A stretch of 64,000 nucleotides of DNA, from contig NIVC01000027.1 of the NCBI GenBank assembly GCA_002269645.1, positions 941,600 through 1,005,599 on the forward strand, given 5' to 3'. The translations under genes were made by a program, and so were the position numbers. The notes under the pieces are model-generated. The model was not told the DNA's origin. It was given only the letters and a program-made list of their open reading frames with translations, and did not search any database. Source of the DNA: Macrostomum lignano (taxonomy: Eukaryota). This document shows, in pieces, positions 10,746 to 22,841 of the stretch (positions are counted from its first letter, which is position 1; each line of letters begins with the position of its first letter).

Positions 10746-11857
10746 TTAAACGCTCTGGCAGAAGCTGTCCAGCTGCTGCAACTCCGTCTCGGTGAGCGCC
10801 TCTTTGGCGATGGCATAGCAGATCATGCGGCCCCGAAGGGCACCGCTACTGTCAACCCAGTAGCCGAGTAGCAGGCTAACGGGAAAACCTTGGGGGTGCA
10901 TCGTCGAAGCGAGTCCGTCGCCAATAAATGATCCATCGAAATAAAATGTGGTAAGAGTTCCTGCATTGAAGACGGCTCCAACGGACACCAGCTGCACAGT
11001 GTTGTCGGCTAACATTATAGCTGAGCCGGTCAACTGGGACACCTTCACAGAAGCGGAGGACACGTGATCGACGCCAAGACGACCATTCTGATCAAAGAAA
11101 AGACCAGAGCCGACCGCTCCCATCTCGCTCAAAAAAAAGTGATAGTTTTGCGCATTGGTTGTTTGACGGGTCAGCCTGGCGAAGAAGGTAAAGTCATTGG
11201 CAGCTGTCAGGAAGCCGGACACAAGCGTGTCGTTGTCGTTGTCAACATGGATGAAGTCGCTAGGATGGCCTCGAAAATGGGCACCCTGAGAGTCCCAAGT
11301 GACAGAGCCGTTCGGAGTGGCCAGGTACTTATCTGGGTTCACCAGGTTTGTGTAGCCCTGTCTGAAGTCGAACAGAATGAGCAGTTTCGAAGTTAGATTT
11401 GAGCTCATGCCAGCAATTTGAGGGACCGCAGAACTGGTTGTCGCAGTTTGAGCTGGAGCCGTCGGAGCGGTGGTTGGAGCTTCAGTTGTCGTTGGCTCGG
11501 TGGTTGAAGCTTCAGATAGCGTTGGCAGCTCCTTGGAGTAGCTGGCGCACTCGCTGGACTCACCCGAGCCGTTGTTCTGCAGCATGGCGCTCAGCTGCTG
11601 GGTGCTGGCATGGTAACAGACAGACTGGGCTCCGGAGAAGTGCATCACTGAGCAGAGCTCCGACATGACGCATTTTATAGCGCACTCGAACAGGTAGACG
11701 TTACGGAGGTCAACTCTGGCAGGCTCGAGTCGGATGGACACCTGCTGATCAGCTTCAGGGCTGGCAGTCGCTGCTCAGAAAGCGCCACCTGCGGCAGCGT
11801 CAGCATGGCTGCCAGGATGCAGCAGAACTCCCTTGTTTGCGTCAGCCGCATTTCCAT
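10746..11857 (-). pseudogene. PAN-LamG paralogue 3, frameshifted by a 7-bp deletion (pseudogene or assembly error)
   Basis: The N-terminus MEMRLTQTREFCCILAAMLTLPQVALSEQRLP is in one frame and the rest in another. Relative to paralogue 2 (GAACAGGT-CGCTGGC-AGACG), CGCTGGC is missing at 11695/11696. The remainder is open to the stop at 10746. Confidence 0.8.
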
Positions 11858-12544
11858 TTCATCCGTCAAGGCAGTCGAAGTTCGTGAATATTTTGATAGC
11901 TCGTCACCAGCAGCGGCCGACACGTGCCTGATTTTTATAAATCTGTCCCATCTCCGATGCTCAAACCTGTTGCTATGGAGCAACCGAAAACAGTTTATTC
12001 TATTGGCTTGAAAGATGAGAGAACGGATGCTTACGCACTCTGCTACCTGTACAAGTGGTGAGAGTATTGGCTACTTGATCAAGAGCAGAGTGTGCGAGGT
12101 CAGGAAGCCTTCCATCCCAGGCACCGGAATCAGGGATGAAGGAATCTGCTGGCACGCAAAAATTGACAAAAAGCATCGGCTGCGTTTTTGTTAAAAATGG
12201 AAAACAAGTCATTGTTGCTGACCGTTGGACTGCGTCAGCGACAGGCAAAAAAGTCTTTACAATACTCAGTGGCAGTTCAGTCTCACTAAAGCCACTCATG
12301 CAGCAGAAGTAGAAATGCAACAGCCATCCAGCTAGAGCAGCTACCAGAATCAACTCCACTGAGCACATTTCACAACCTGGAGATTGCCTCTCTGGTATAT
12401 TGCAACAAACTGCCATGCTTCGGTGGAAACTTCGCCGGTTAGAAATATTTAAACTTTTTGCAAACACAACTGCTATCATGTGATCCGCTATACGAATAGC
12501 TGAGGCCGTTAAGATATTCTCACGATCGGTTGATTTTTATGCTA

Positions 12545-13389
12545 CGCAGGTGTCCGGAAAAATAGTGTTACTTTTACTTGTAGCGGACGTATGGTAAGTT
12601 TGATGTCGTTAAAATCGGCAAGTCTCTTCTTTAAAATGACTTAAACTGCGATCGATTTGAGTGTGTATTTTAAGAAATATGTGCACTTGAGTACAGGGAG
12701 ATCGTTTGTAGACTTACATGCAATCGCGATATTTTTAGCGTGAATGAGTTGATTTTGGTCAGAAGCGACATAGTGTAAAGCTCACGCAAAACCACGGCTG
12801 CACAATTTAGGCAGAAAAATATCTGTTGCTCAATTTTCATCCGTCATTCATCAAATGAGTGCGCATTCAAAGACTGGGCATGGCGACCATTGGGTCAGCA
12901 AGATGAGGCTGAACAGGCGGGTGAACGGTGGAAGAACTGACGTTGAGCGACATGATAAGGTCAGGACGCCACATGAGATCCATAACAGCAGCGGCCTAAT
13001 GGATCTCATTCTCGACTTGATCGATGAATGCTGCCGCCAAAACATCCGTGAAATACATATAGCCGATAGACTGGATTGCTCGAAGTCCAGAGCTAAAAAG
13101 TGTCTGCAGAAGATGATTCAAGTCAAGCTGAGTGCCCGTTGGGTTCCCTGACGGCTCACTGGGGACATGAAGCTGGACCGATCGCCTAGGTTCTGTAAGT
13201 CTACGATCGATCTCCTTCTATTTAAGCGCACATCTCTTAAAGTACACATCCAAATGGATCGCAGTTTAAGTCATTTTAAAGAACAGACTTTCTGCTTTTA
13301 AACTACAACAAACTTGTGTAATTGCAAATTAATATGAAACATCCACTACAAGTAAAAGTAACACTATTTTCCGGACAATAAGGACCTCG
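12545..13389 (+). mobile_element. Mariner (Tc1/mariner) internal-deletion derivative with long inverted ends
   Basis: The TIR core TGTCCGGAAAATAGTGTTACTTTTACTTGTAG(C/T)GGA matches at 35/36 (12551-12586 vs 13342-13377), and imperfect inversion extends ~170 bp. TA flanks both ends. The internal ORF 12855-13151 resembles a mariner HTH region and ends KLSARWVP* (WVPHEL-type motif). Confidence 0.85.
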
Positions 13390-13464
13390 TAACTATTGTC
13401 ACTATTCTAGTGAGGCTTTTTAGAAAACCAGCGTCACACGTGTCTACACAGACAGGGTACCTGC

Positions 13465-13690
13465 AGCGTCAGCAGCAGCACTTCCTGCCGCATTGGCTGT
13501 GGGCAGTAGGACTCGCCTCGGATAATGTACCCTGCTTGGACGGACCAGGAAGGAGCGTTGAAAACTCGCTCGTCGCCGATCTTGAAGGCGGCGCGCAGTC
13601 GGCTATGCAACGAGCGCCGGTAAGGAACTCATATTTGTCTATGGCGAAACCCCATCAGGGTTGTGCGTTCTCAAGAGTATCCTAATAAAG
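13465..13690 (-). mobile_element. Degenerate non-LTR retrotransposon (RTE-like) ORF2 3' fragment
   Basis: The minus frame reads HSRLRAAFKIGDERVFNAPSWSVQAGYIIRGESYCPQPMRQEVLLLTLQ, resembling the post-RT LRAAF...AGH.IR segment of RTE-type LINEs. Confidence 0.45.
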
Positions 13691-13724
13691 AATCAATATA
13701 ATTATAATTGATTACACCTGCCCT

Positions 13725-13877
13725 TAAGGCCAGATGTACAACCGACAGCTCAGCCGCAGCTTTTGCGCGGCGCATCTGAAGGCTGCATACGGCTTTTCAG
13801 TCCAAGAACTGAAAGGGTCGTCGGGAGAATCGAACCCCTGACCTTTCAGTTCGACGCTCTAACTACTAGGCTATAAT
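13725..13877 (-). mobile_element. tRNA-derived SINE head or tRNA pseudogene, second family
   Basis: The reverse strand reads TAGCCTAGTAGTTAGAGCGTC (A box)...GGGGTTCGATTCTC (B box). The anticodon arm is truncated and there is no acceptor-stem closure. Confidence 0.5.
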
Positions 13878-14581
13878 CTCTGTGGCTCCTGAATTTACCT
13901 ATGATCACATCTCGACGCTGTTTTATCGTCATCAGCATAATTAAATGTTCTACAAGACCGAATACAAGACAGTGGTTGAAATCATGGATCTTCACGTAGT
14001 GCGGCACATTTGGTTTGCGACAAATGAAAACAAGCTTTTGAATAAGGCCGAATGTTCCCGACTAATTCAGTATGTCTTCGGAGTCTATGAGCTCTTTTTA
14101 GATTTCACACCTGGCAGCTGCAACCGAAGAGAACTCCCCAAAACCTCAGCTCATTATTGATTTGACCACTCCCCAACCCAATCTGGACAAAACTTAAAAA
14201 ATTCAAGCTTTTTTTCTAACCTAAAATCGAGTAGCTTATAGTTATGAAATAATTAACAAATACAAAAGTCATTCTTGTCACTTCTGGGTTCTCTAAAATG
14301 TTACAACAAAAAAATTGGCAAGTCATTCCACCAGATTAGCGAATTAGCGTTGATTTCAATAGGAATCATCTGACAGAGAGACACAACAGTAGTTAAAACG
14401 TGTTTTGCGGTATAAAAATAATAATTATAGTTAAAAATCAATGGAAGAAAATCTTTTAGCAAAAAAATAGCACACTTCATTATTTACCAATCATTCATTC
14501 AAGTTCAACTTATTTTTTAATCAGTTCGGCACCTTTCCACTTTAAGTAGTCCACTATAGAATTTTCATACAGCTAATAATC

Positions 14582-15639
14582 TCAAGCATTTTTCCTAGCC
14601 TTGGCGGCCCTGGGCAGCCTCAACGCCAACAGGGTATCTCCGATGCACTCGGGCAGCACAGCCAGAGGCCAATAGAGAAGCTTCGCATCCCAGCCAATCA
14701 TGTGCCGACAGCGCGGATGCTTCGAGGTCAGCGCCTCCTCGTACGCGTCGACAACGTTGTCTAGCTTGTCGGAGCAGAACCGAAGCAGGTCGTCAAGCCG
14801 GTCGACACTCTCGCGACGAAACGACTCTCCGTAGGCGTCCCTGAGCTCCGCCGGGGCGTCCTGATAGCCGAGGTTGACGGCGCGGGTCAGCGCGGTCTTG
14901 TCAGTGATGGGCGTCCGGTGGAAGCCGGGTTCGATGCACGACACCCGAATGCCGAACTGGCGCAGTTCGCGACGGTAGCAGTCGCTGAGGGCCTGCGGGA
15001 TGGCGTCGGCATTTCAAGGAGCAGCAGTGGCGTCTTGATCAGCAGCAAGCGCTCCTGAATCCAAATACTTAAACTTTGAAAGCTGCCCTGCCTAAGTTGT
15101 ACCATTTTTCATATCTAAAATCGTACATCACATCTTGACGCTCTTTTGCAGATTAGCGTTAAAAAGACCAAGGTGCTTCATGTGAGACTACCTCGACTCT
15201 GACAATACCGTCTGCCAGGAGTTTAAGTACCCGGGCGTCCCGGTCATGCGACCAAATTTCATAACAGATTTTCAACTTCAGCGCCACTGGCAACACTGAG
15301 ATCCGGATGTTCAGGGTAGCCGTGGAGCACATACTGCTCTATGGGCTGGAGGCGGTTCCCATCACGGAAACTCGCTCTGCTGCTCTGGACGCCTCCCACC
15401 TGAACGCCGACTGCTCCAGGTGGGCCGCTGCCTCCGTAGCCATGGTCGGTGGGTCGCCTTAATTCTCTCTGGCCAACCCTGATGCTGAACAACCCACTGG
15501 AGCCCCTTCGCCGAGGCCAAGCGCCCACACCACCACCTGCGGGCCACTCTGACGGAAGACCTGCTGAGCATCGTCCTGAACCCTTGACCGCCACTGACTG
15601 CTCCCCCAGCCTCTTCAAACATCGAGTGCTCGCTAGCAT

Positions 15640-15692
<53 letters not shown>

Positions 15693-16767
15693 ATAAAAAT
15701 ATGTCCTTGTATTTTCATTTAGAACTTCACACTAATACAGAGATTCGCTCACCTGCACAGCAAACTTGGAGGCGCAATACGGCGCAGCCCCGGGCGAGGC
15801 GAATCGGCCAAAGATGCTGGAGGTGTTCACCAGCCGGCCTGCTGGCAGGCGCCTCATCAGTGGCAGGAAACACCTGCGAGGAAGTTTTACAGAGATCAGT
15901 CATGTTTTTATAACAAATAGAGGCAGGGCGCATTGTCACACAACCGGCGACAGGCAATATCGTACGCAGTCATACGCACAGGCACACACTCACACAGGAG
16001 TGTACAGCGGCCCTAACTTTATTTATCGTTAGGCATGTACACTTCACTGCGCCTTGGGGGTTGGCCTTCAAGGCCGTTAATTGCACGAACAGAGCCAAGC
16101 CGAGATTCCAATTCAGCCCCAAATTAATGACTGCACTTGGAATCGAGCCTGGACCGCTGGCACATACATAGAAGCTCCGCGTTAGACCACTGGGCTACGG
16201 CCCCCATCAGACACACGACAGCTGTGAAAACTCAAGACTGCATATGGCTGCATTGGCCAGCTCAAGCATTCACCTGGTCACGTTAGCGATTCCGAAGACA
16301 TTAACAGCAAACACCTGATGAAAATCGTCGGCGCTGAGGAACTCTGTCGGGCCGATCCTGCTGCCGCTGATGCCAGCGTTGTTAACCACGCCCCACAGGC
16401 CGCACAGCTTGCGGTCTTTCAACGCAACTTCCGCCTTCGCTACGGCAGACTTCACCGACTCCTCGTCAGTGACATCCATCCGAATCGGGACCAGATTTTG
16501 ATTGCCCATGGTCGAGAACTTGTCCACAGCGGCCTGGGTGAGGCAGCCGGCCAGGACGCACCAGCCCTTGCCAGCCAGACGCAGGGCCAGCTGGTGACCG
16601 AAGCCGGTGTCGCAACCGGTGACCAGAACGGAACGCCAGTCTGAGGGAATGTCGGCCAGCTCGGCTCTGCGTTTCCGATCGAACAGTTTATAAGCCAGGT
16701 AGGCTAGCGAGGCGACTGCGATGGCCCAGGACAGCGGGATGCTGCACAGGAAGCACAGCAGTGACAT
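14582..16767 (-). CDS. Short-chain dehydrogenase/reductase, SDR9C (RDH16/17-beta-HSD6-like), 341 aa, 3 exons
   Basis: Exons 16767-16274, 15873-15753 and 14992-14582 have GT-AG junctions with consistent phases. Motifs: N-terminal TM anchor, VLVTGCDTGFG, NNAG, catalytic Ser in NTSSIFG, YCASK, IEPG, and C-terminal HPR.R..IGWDAK. Confidence 0.93.
15190..15693 (+). mobile_element. RTE-like LINE 3' fragment ending in an (AAT)n tail, in SDR intron 2
   Basis: CQEFKYPG (FKYLG-like) at ~15213, IRMFRVAVEHILLYGLEAVPITETRSAALDA at 15301, and LRRGQA near 15505. The (AAT)n microsatellite at 15642-15693 forms the tail. Confidence 0.7.
15926..16207 (-). mobile_element. tRNA-derived SINE, copy B (SDR intron 1)
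   Basis: The reverse complement aligns end to end with 10399-10654; A box TAGCCCAGTGGTCT, B box GGCTCGATTCC. Confidence 0.8.
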
Positions 16768-16879
16768 TTCAAGTAGCTTTGCGAGTTTAGATAATTTTTT
16801 ATTGATTTTTTAAACTGCCAATGCCGTTCGAGCAAATCATGCAGGTGGTTGATGAATTTTGAAGTCAAAGACAAAGACT

Positions 16880-18200
16880 CAGAATAAAACAAAGAGCAAC
16901 GACTTTGGGTGAGAATCAGAATAAAGCAGATACTCAGGGTGAGAATCAGGATGAAACAAATACTCAGGGTGAGAATCAGAATGAAACAAAGACTCAGAGT
17001 GAGAATCAGAATAAAGCAAATACTCAGGGTGAGAATCAGAATGAAACAAAGATTTGGGGTGAGAATCAGAATGAAACAAAGACTCTGGGTGAGAATCAGA
17101 ATAAAACAAAGAGCAACGACTTAGGGTGAGAATCAGAATGAAGCAAGTACTCAGGGTGAGAATCAAAATGAAACAAAGACTCAGGGTGAGAATCAGGATG
17201 AAACAAAGACTCAGGGTGAGAATCAGGATGAAACAAAGGCTCAGGGTGAGAATCAGAATGAAGCAAATACTCAGAGTGAGAATCAGAATGAAGCAAATAC
17301 TCAGGGTGAGAATCAGGATGAAACAAAGACTCAGGGTGAGAATCAGGATGAAACGAATACTCAGGGTTAGAATCAGAATGAAACAAAGACTCAGAGTGAG
17401 AATCAGAATGAAACAAAGAGCGACTTATGGTGAGAATCAGAATGAAGCAGATACTCAGGGTGAGAATCAGAATGAAACAAAGACTCAGGGTTAGAATCAG
17501 AATGAAACAAAGACTCAGGGTGAGAATCAGAATGAAACAAAGACTCAGGGTTAGAATCAGAATGAAACAAAGACTCAGGGTGAGAATCAGAATGAAACAA
17601 AGACTCAGGGTGAGAATCAGAATGAAACAAAGGCTCAGGGTGAGAATCAGAATGAAACAAAGACTCAGGGTGAGAATCAGAATGAAGCAAATACTCAGAG
17701 TGAGAATCAGAATGAAGCAAATACTCAGGGTGAGAATCAGGATGAAACAAAGACTCAGATGAGAATCAGGATGAAACGAATACTCAGGGTTAGAATCAGA
17801 ATGAAACAAAGACTCAGAGTGAGAATCAGAATGAAACAAAGAGCGACTTATGGTGAGAATCAGAATGAAGCAGATACTCAGGGTGAGAATCAGAATGAAA
17901 CAAAGACTCAGGGTGAGAATCAGAATGAAACAAAGACTCAGGGTGAGAATCAGAATGAAACAAAGACTCAGGGTGAGAATCAGAATGAAACAAAGGCTCA
18001 GGGTGAGAATCAGAATGAAACAAAGACTCAGGGTGAGAATCAGAATGAAACAAAGACTCAGGGTGAGAATCAGAATGAAACAAAGACTAAGGGTGAGAAT
18101 CAGAATGAAACAAAGACTCAGGGTGAGAATCAGAATGAAACAAAGACTCAGGGTGAGAATCAGAATGAAACAAAGACTCAGGGGAAGAATCATAATAAAA
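16880..18200. repeat. 30-bp minisatellite (GGGTGAGAATCAGAATGAAACAAAGACTCA), ~43 copies, with a ~423-bp higher-order duplication
   Basis: Tandem units; the variant block at 17341-17460 recurs at 17764-17883. Confidence 0.97.
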
Positions 18201-18699
18201 ATGAAGTAAAATTCATTAAAGAACAACAATCGATAATGGAGATTAGATGCATCATGAAACTTCAGTCAAGATGTGTGTAAAAATAATAAAAAACAATGTA
18301 AGCCTAATTTGAAATGCTCATTAACATAATTACGTTAAAACACAAAGGTTAAAATACCTAATAATATTCACTTCAACACATCAGACAACTTCAAGAATTA
18401 TGTATTTGCTATATGCATCAAAAACTTCCGGAAAGGAAAATGAGATTCGCTAAAATCAAGCCAGTGGCCTACATGTAATGACAATATCTGCAAGCAAAAA
18501 ACTTACATAGACGTTCAATTAGCCAGTAACTCAGTTAAGTAATTTATGGTTTTAAAATTTCTACTAAAAACAGAAGACCCATAATAATTTAGTTAACAAA
18601 GGGTAAATCATGCTTAGGTAAAGAATTGCATTATAATACAAAGTTGAGCATCGCTAGCAGAGACGATGTAAGAACCTGAAATTCAAAATAAGGTGCAAA

Positions 18700-20966
18700 A
18701 TTTCTGGGGATGGTAAATGAGATTATGAGGATGGTAAATGAGAGATTCTGGGGATGGCAAATGAGAGATGCTGGGGATGGTAAATGAGATTATGAGGATG
18801 GTAAATGAGAGATTCTGGGGATGGTAAATGAGAGATGCTGGGGATGGTAAATGAGAGATGCTGGGGATGGTAAATGAGATTATGAGGATGGTAAATGAGA
18901 GATTCTGGGGATGGTAAATGAGAGATGCTGGGGATGGTAAATGAGAGATGCTGGGGATGGTAAATGAGATTATGAGGATGGTAAATGAGAGATTCTGGGG
19001 ATGGTAAATGAGAGATGCTGGGGATGGTAAATGAGAGATGCTGGGGATGGTAAATGAAAGATTCTGAGGATTGTAAATGAGAGATTCTGAGGATTGTAAA
19101 TGAGAGATTCTGAGGATTGTAAATGAGAGATTCTGGGGATGGCAAATGAGAGATGCTGGGGATGGTAAATGAGAGATTCTGAGGATGGTAAATGGGAGAT
19201 TCTGAGGATTGTAAATGAGAGATGCTGGGGATGGTAAATGAGAGATTCTGAGGATTGTAAATGAGAGATTCTGGGGATGGTAAATGAGAGATTCTGAGGA
19301 TTGTAAATGAGAGATTCTGGGGATGGTAAATGGGAGATTCTGGGGATGGTAAATGAGAGATTCTGTTGATGGTAAATGAAAGATTCTGGGGATGGTAAAT
19401 GAGAGATTCTGAGGATTGTAAATGAGAGATTCTGGGGATGGTAAATGGGAGATTCTGGGGATGGTAAATGGGAGATTCTGGGAATGGTAAATGGGAGATT
19501 CTGGGGATGGTAAATGAGAGATTCTGAGGATGGTAAATGAGAGATTCTGGGGATGGTAAATGAGAGATTCTGAGGATGGTAAATGAGAGATTCTGGGGAT
19601 GGTAAATGAGAGATTCTGGGGATGGTAAATGAAAGATTCTGGGGATGGTAAATGAGATTCTGGGGATGGTAAATGAGAGATTCTGGGGATGGTAAATGAG
19701 AGATTCTGGTGATGGTAAATGAGATTCTGGGATGGTAAATGAGAGATTCTGGTGATGGTAAATGAGATTCTGGGGATGGTAAATGAGAGATTCTGGGGAT
19801 GGTAAATGAGAGATTCTGAGGATGGTAAATGAGACATTTTGGGGATGGTAAATGAGAGATTCTGAGGATGGTAAATGAGAGATTCTGGGGATGGTAAATG
19901 AGAGATTCTGAGGATGGTAAATGAGAGATTCTGGGGATGGTAAATGAGAGATTCTGAGGATGGTAAATGAGAGATTCTGAGGATGGTAAATGAGAGATTC
20001 TGAGGATGGTAAATGAGAGATTCTGGGGATGGTAAATGAGAGATTCTGGGGATGGTAAATGAGAGATTCTGGTGATGGTAAATGAGATTCTGGGATGGTA
20101 AATGAGAGATTCTGGTGATGGTAAATGAGATTCTGGGGATGGTAAATGAGAGATTCTGGGGATGGTAAATGAGAGATTCTGAGGATGGTAAATGAGAGAT
20201 TCTGGGGATGGTAAATGAGAGATTCTGAGGATGGTAAATGAGAGATTCTGGGGATGGTAAATGAGAGATTCTGGGGATGGTAAATGAGAGATTCTGGGGA
20301 TGGTAAATGAGAGATTCTGGTGATGGTAAATGAGATTCTGGGATGGTAAATGAGAGATTCTGGTGATGGTAAATGAGATTCTGAGGATGGTAAATGAGAA
20401 ATTCTGAGGATTGTAAATGAGAGATTCTGAGGATGGTAAATGAGAGATTCTGGGGATGGTAAATGAGAGATTCTGTTGATGGTAAATGAGAGATTCTGTT
20501 GATGGTAAATGAGAGATTCTGTTGATGGTAAATGACAGATTCTGGGGATGGTAAATGAGAGATTCTGTTGATGGTAAATGAGAGATTCTGTTGATGGTAA
20601 ATGAGAGATTCTGGGATGGTAAATGAGAGATTCTGTTGATGGTAAATGAGAGATTCTGTTGATGGTAAATGAGAGATTCTGAGGATGGTAAATGAGAGAT
20701 TCTGAGGATGGTAAATGAGATATTCTGGGATAGTAAATGAGAGATTCTGGTGATGGTAAATGAGATTCTGGGGATGGTAAATGAGAGATTCTGGGGATGG
20801 TAAATGAGAGATTCTGAGGATGGTAAATGAGATATTCTGGGATGGTAAATGAGATATTCTGGTGATGGTAAATGAGAGATTCTGGGGATGGTAAATGAGA
20901 GATTCTGGGGATGGTAAATGAGAGATTCTGAGGATGGTAAATGAAAGATTCTGGGGATGGTAAATG
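18700..20966. repeat. 20-23-bp minisatellite (GAGATTCTGGGGATGGTAAATGA), ~100 copies
   Basis: Tandem units; source of the 773/774-aa spurious ORFs. Confidence 0.98.
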
Positions 20967-21829
20967 GTAAATTCTGTACGGCAAATGATAGATTTGTTGA
21001 TCAAGGAGAATTAATTTTGGGATGATAAATAAACAATGATTTCCCATGAGACTAAAGCTACTCGAAATGTAGGTGAGATCAAGTTTAATTCAAAAATATT
21101 AATAAGCAAAAATCATGGACACTACAAAGTACAAATTGGTAACAAAACTACAAGTCAGTTGATCACAAGAGGCCAACTGAAACAAGAATTATCAAAATGG
21201 CAAACAATAACGCATTCGGAGGAGAACATGTCTGAGAATATGTTTCAAATATATGCATGAGTATAAAATACTGAAGCCTTGAAGCTTTGGACCTAAGCTC
21301 TGCTATCACAACCTGTTTTGTAGACACACTGACTCAACTTTTAGTTAACTCATAGTGATAATAAATCATCCATCTATAGCGCTTATTGAAGGTTTTCTTT
21401 TAAAATGCAGACAGTTATTAGCGATAGCTAAATTAATAAATATTTTCCAGGTAAAAGTACTATAACAAATTAATTTACAGTTCTATTTTTGTAAAACTGT
21501 ACCATTGCAACACACATTTCGAATTTGAAAAAATACCCGCAAAAGTTAAAACTCTGACTAGAAGAAAAAATAAGAAATTTACAAATAACTTATCAGGATT
21601 AGCTGGTCGACATAATGGCGCATATTTGCACTGCAGACTAAAACGACTCGGGAAAATCTATGTGGACCAAAAATATGCAGAAAATAAACCTGACAGGACC
21701 AACTCTCTGACTAGACAATGCATTTCAGCGACTGGAGCACACAAAATTGAAAGAAAGTCGTCGACACAAAGCACAGAATTTTGACTGCGGAAAAGTGACC
21801 TGCGGTTAAGGAAACTGCTCAAATCTTAC

Positions 21830-22700
21830 TCTGGGATCTGGGATTTGGGATCTGAGATCTGAGATTTAGGACCTGGGATTTGGGATCTGAGATCTGGGAT
21901 TTAGGACCTGGGATTTGGGATATGAGAACTGAGATTTAGAATCTGGGATTTGGGATCTGAGATCTGGGATTTGGGATCTTTGAAATATTAGATTTATAAC
22001 CTGTGATTTGAAATCTGAGATCTGGGACCAGGGATTTGGGATATGAGATCTGAGATTTAGGACCTGTGATATGGGATCTGAGATCTGGGACCTGGGACTT
22101 GGGATCTGAGATATGAGATTTAGGACCTGGGATTTGGGATCTGAGATCTCGGATTTGGGATCTTTGGAATATTAGATTTATAACCTGTGATTTGAAATCT
22201 GAGATCTGGGACCAGGGATTTGGGATATGAAATCTGAGATTTAGGACCTGTGATATGGGATCTGAGATCTGGGACCTGGGACTTGGGATCTGAGATCTGA
22301 GATTTAGGACCTGGGATTTGGGATATGAGATCTGGGATTCGGGATCTGGGATTTGGGATCTGAGATCTGAGATCTTGGACTTGGAATCTAGGATCTGGGA
22401 TCTTGGAGTTGGAATCAAAGATCTGGGATTTTAGATTTGGAATCAAGGATCTCGGATCTTGGATTTAGAATCTAGAATCTGGGATTTAGGATCTGGGATC
22501 TGGAATCTAGGATCTGGGATCTTGGATTTGGAATCTAGGATCTGGGACTTGGGATTTGGAATCTAGGATCTGGGACTTGGGATTTGGGATCTAGGATCTG
22601 GAATCTTGGATTTGAGATCTAGGATCGGGGATTTAAGATCGGGGATTTGGGACTTGAGATTTGGGACCTGGGATTTTGGATTTGGGATCTGGGATCTGTG
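21830..22700. repeat. Degenerate heptamer array (GGGATCT/GGGATTT/GAGATCT) with an internal ~180-bp duplication
   Basis: 7-nt periodicity; the block near 21950-22110 recurs near 22130-22290. Confidence 0.9.
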
Positions 22701-22841
22701 ATATCTACTTCTTGGACCAAGTGGGGTCATGCGATAATAATCAAATTGCTGCCAACCAGGCCACTGTTCTAACCAAGCTGAAAATAAAAAAATCAATTAA
22801 AAACGAGAAAAAAGCAAAACACAAAAAGGTACGTCAGAAGG

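Noticed and set aside
18683-21047. 773- and 774-aa ORFs, and similar ORFs at 5004-5600, 5945-6431, 8719-9445, 16879-18280, 23424-24118, 26357-27263, 29196-29996 and 48320-48950
   Set aside because: They are translations of minisatellites that lack stop codons on one strand. They are open in several frames at once, have no splice or start context, and some lie inside Kv4 introns.
21830-22700. Telomere-like look of the GGGATTT/GATTTAGG heptamers
   Set aside because: The array is highly degenerate, contains no run of TTAGGG or TTTAGGG, is interstitial, and recurs inside a Kv4 intron.
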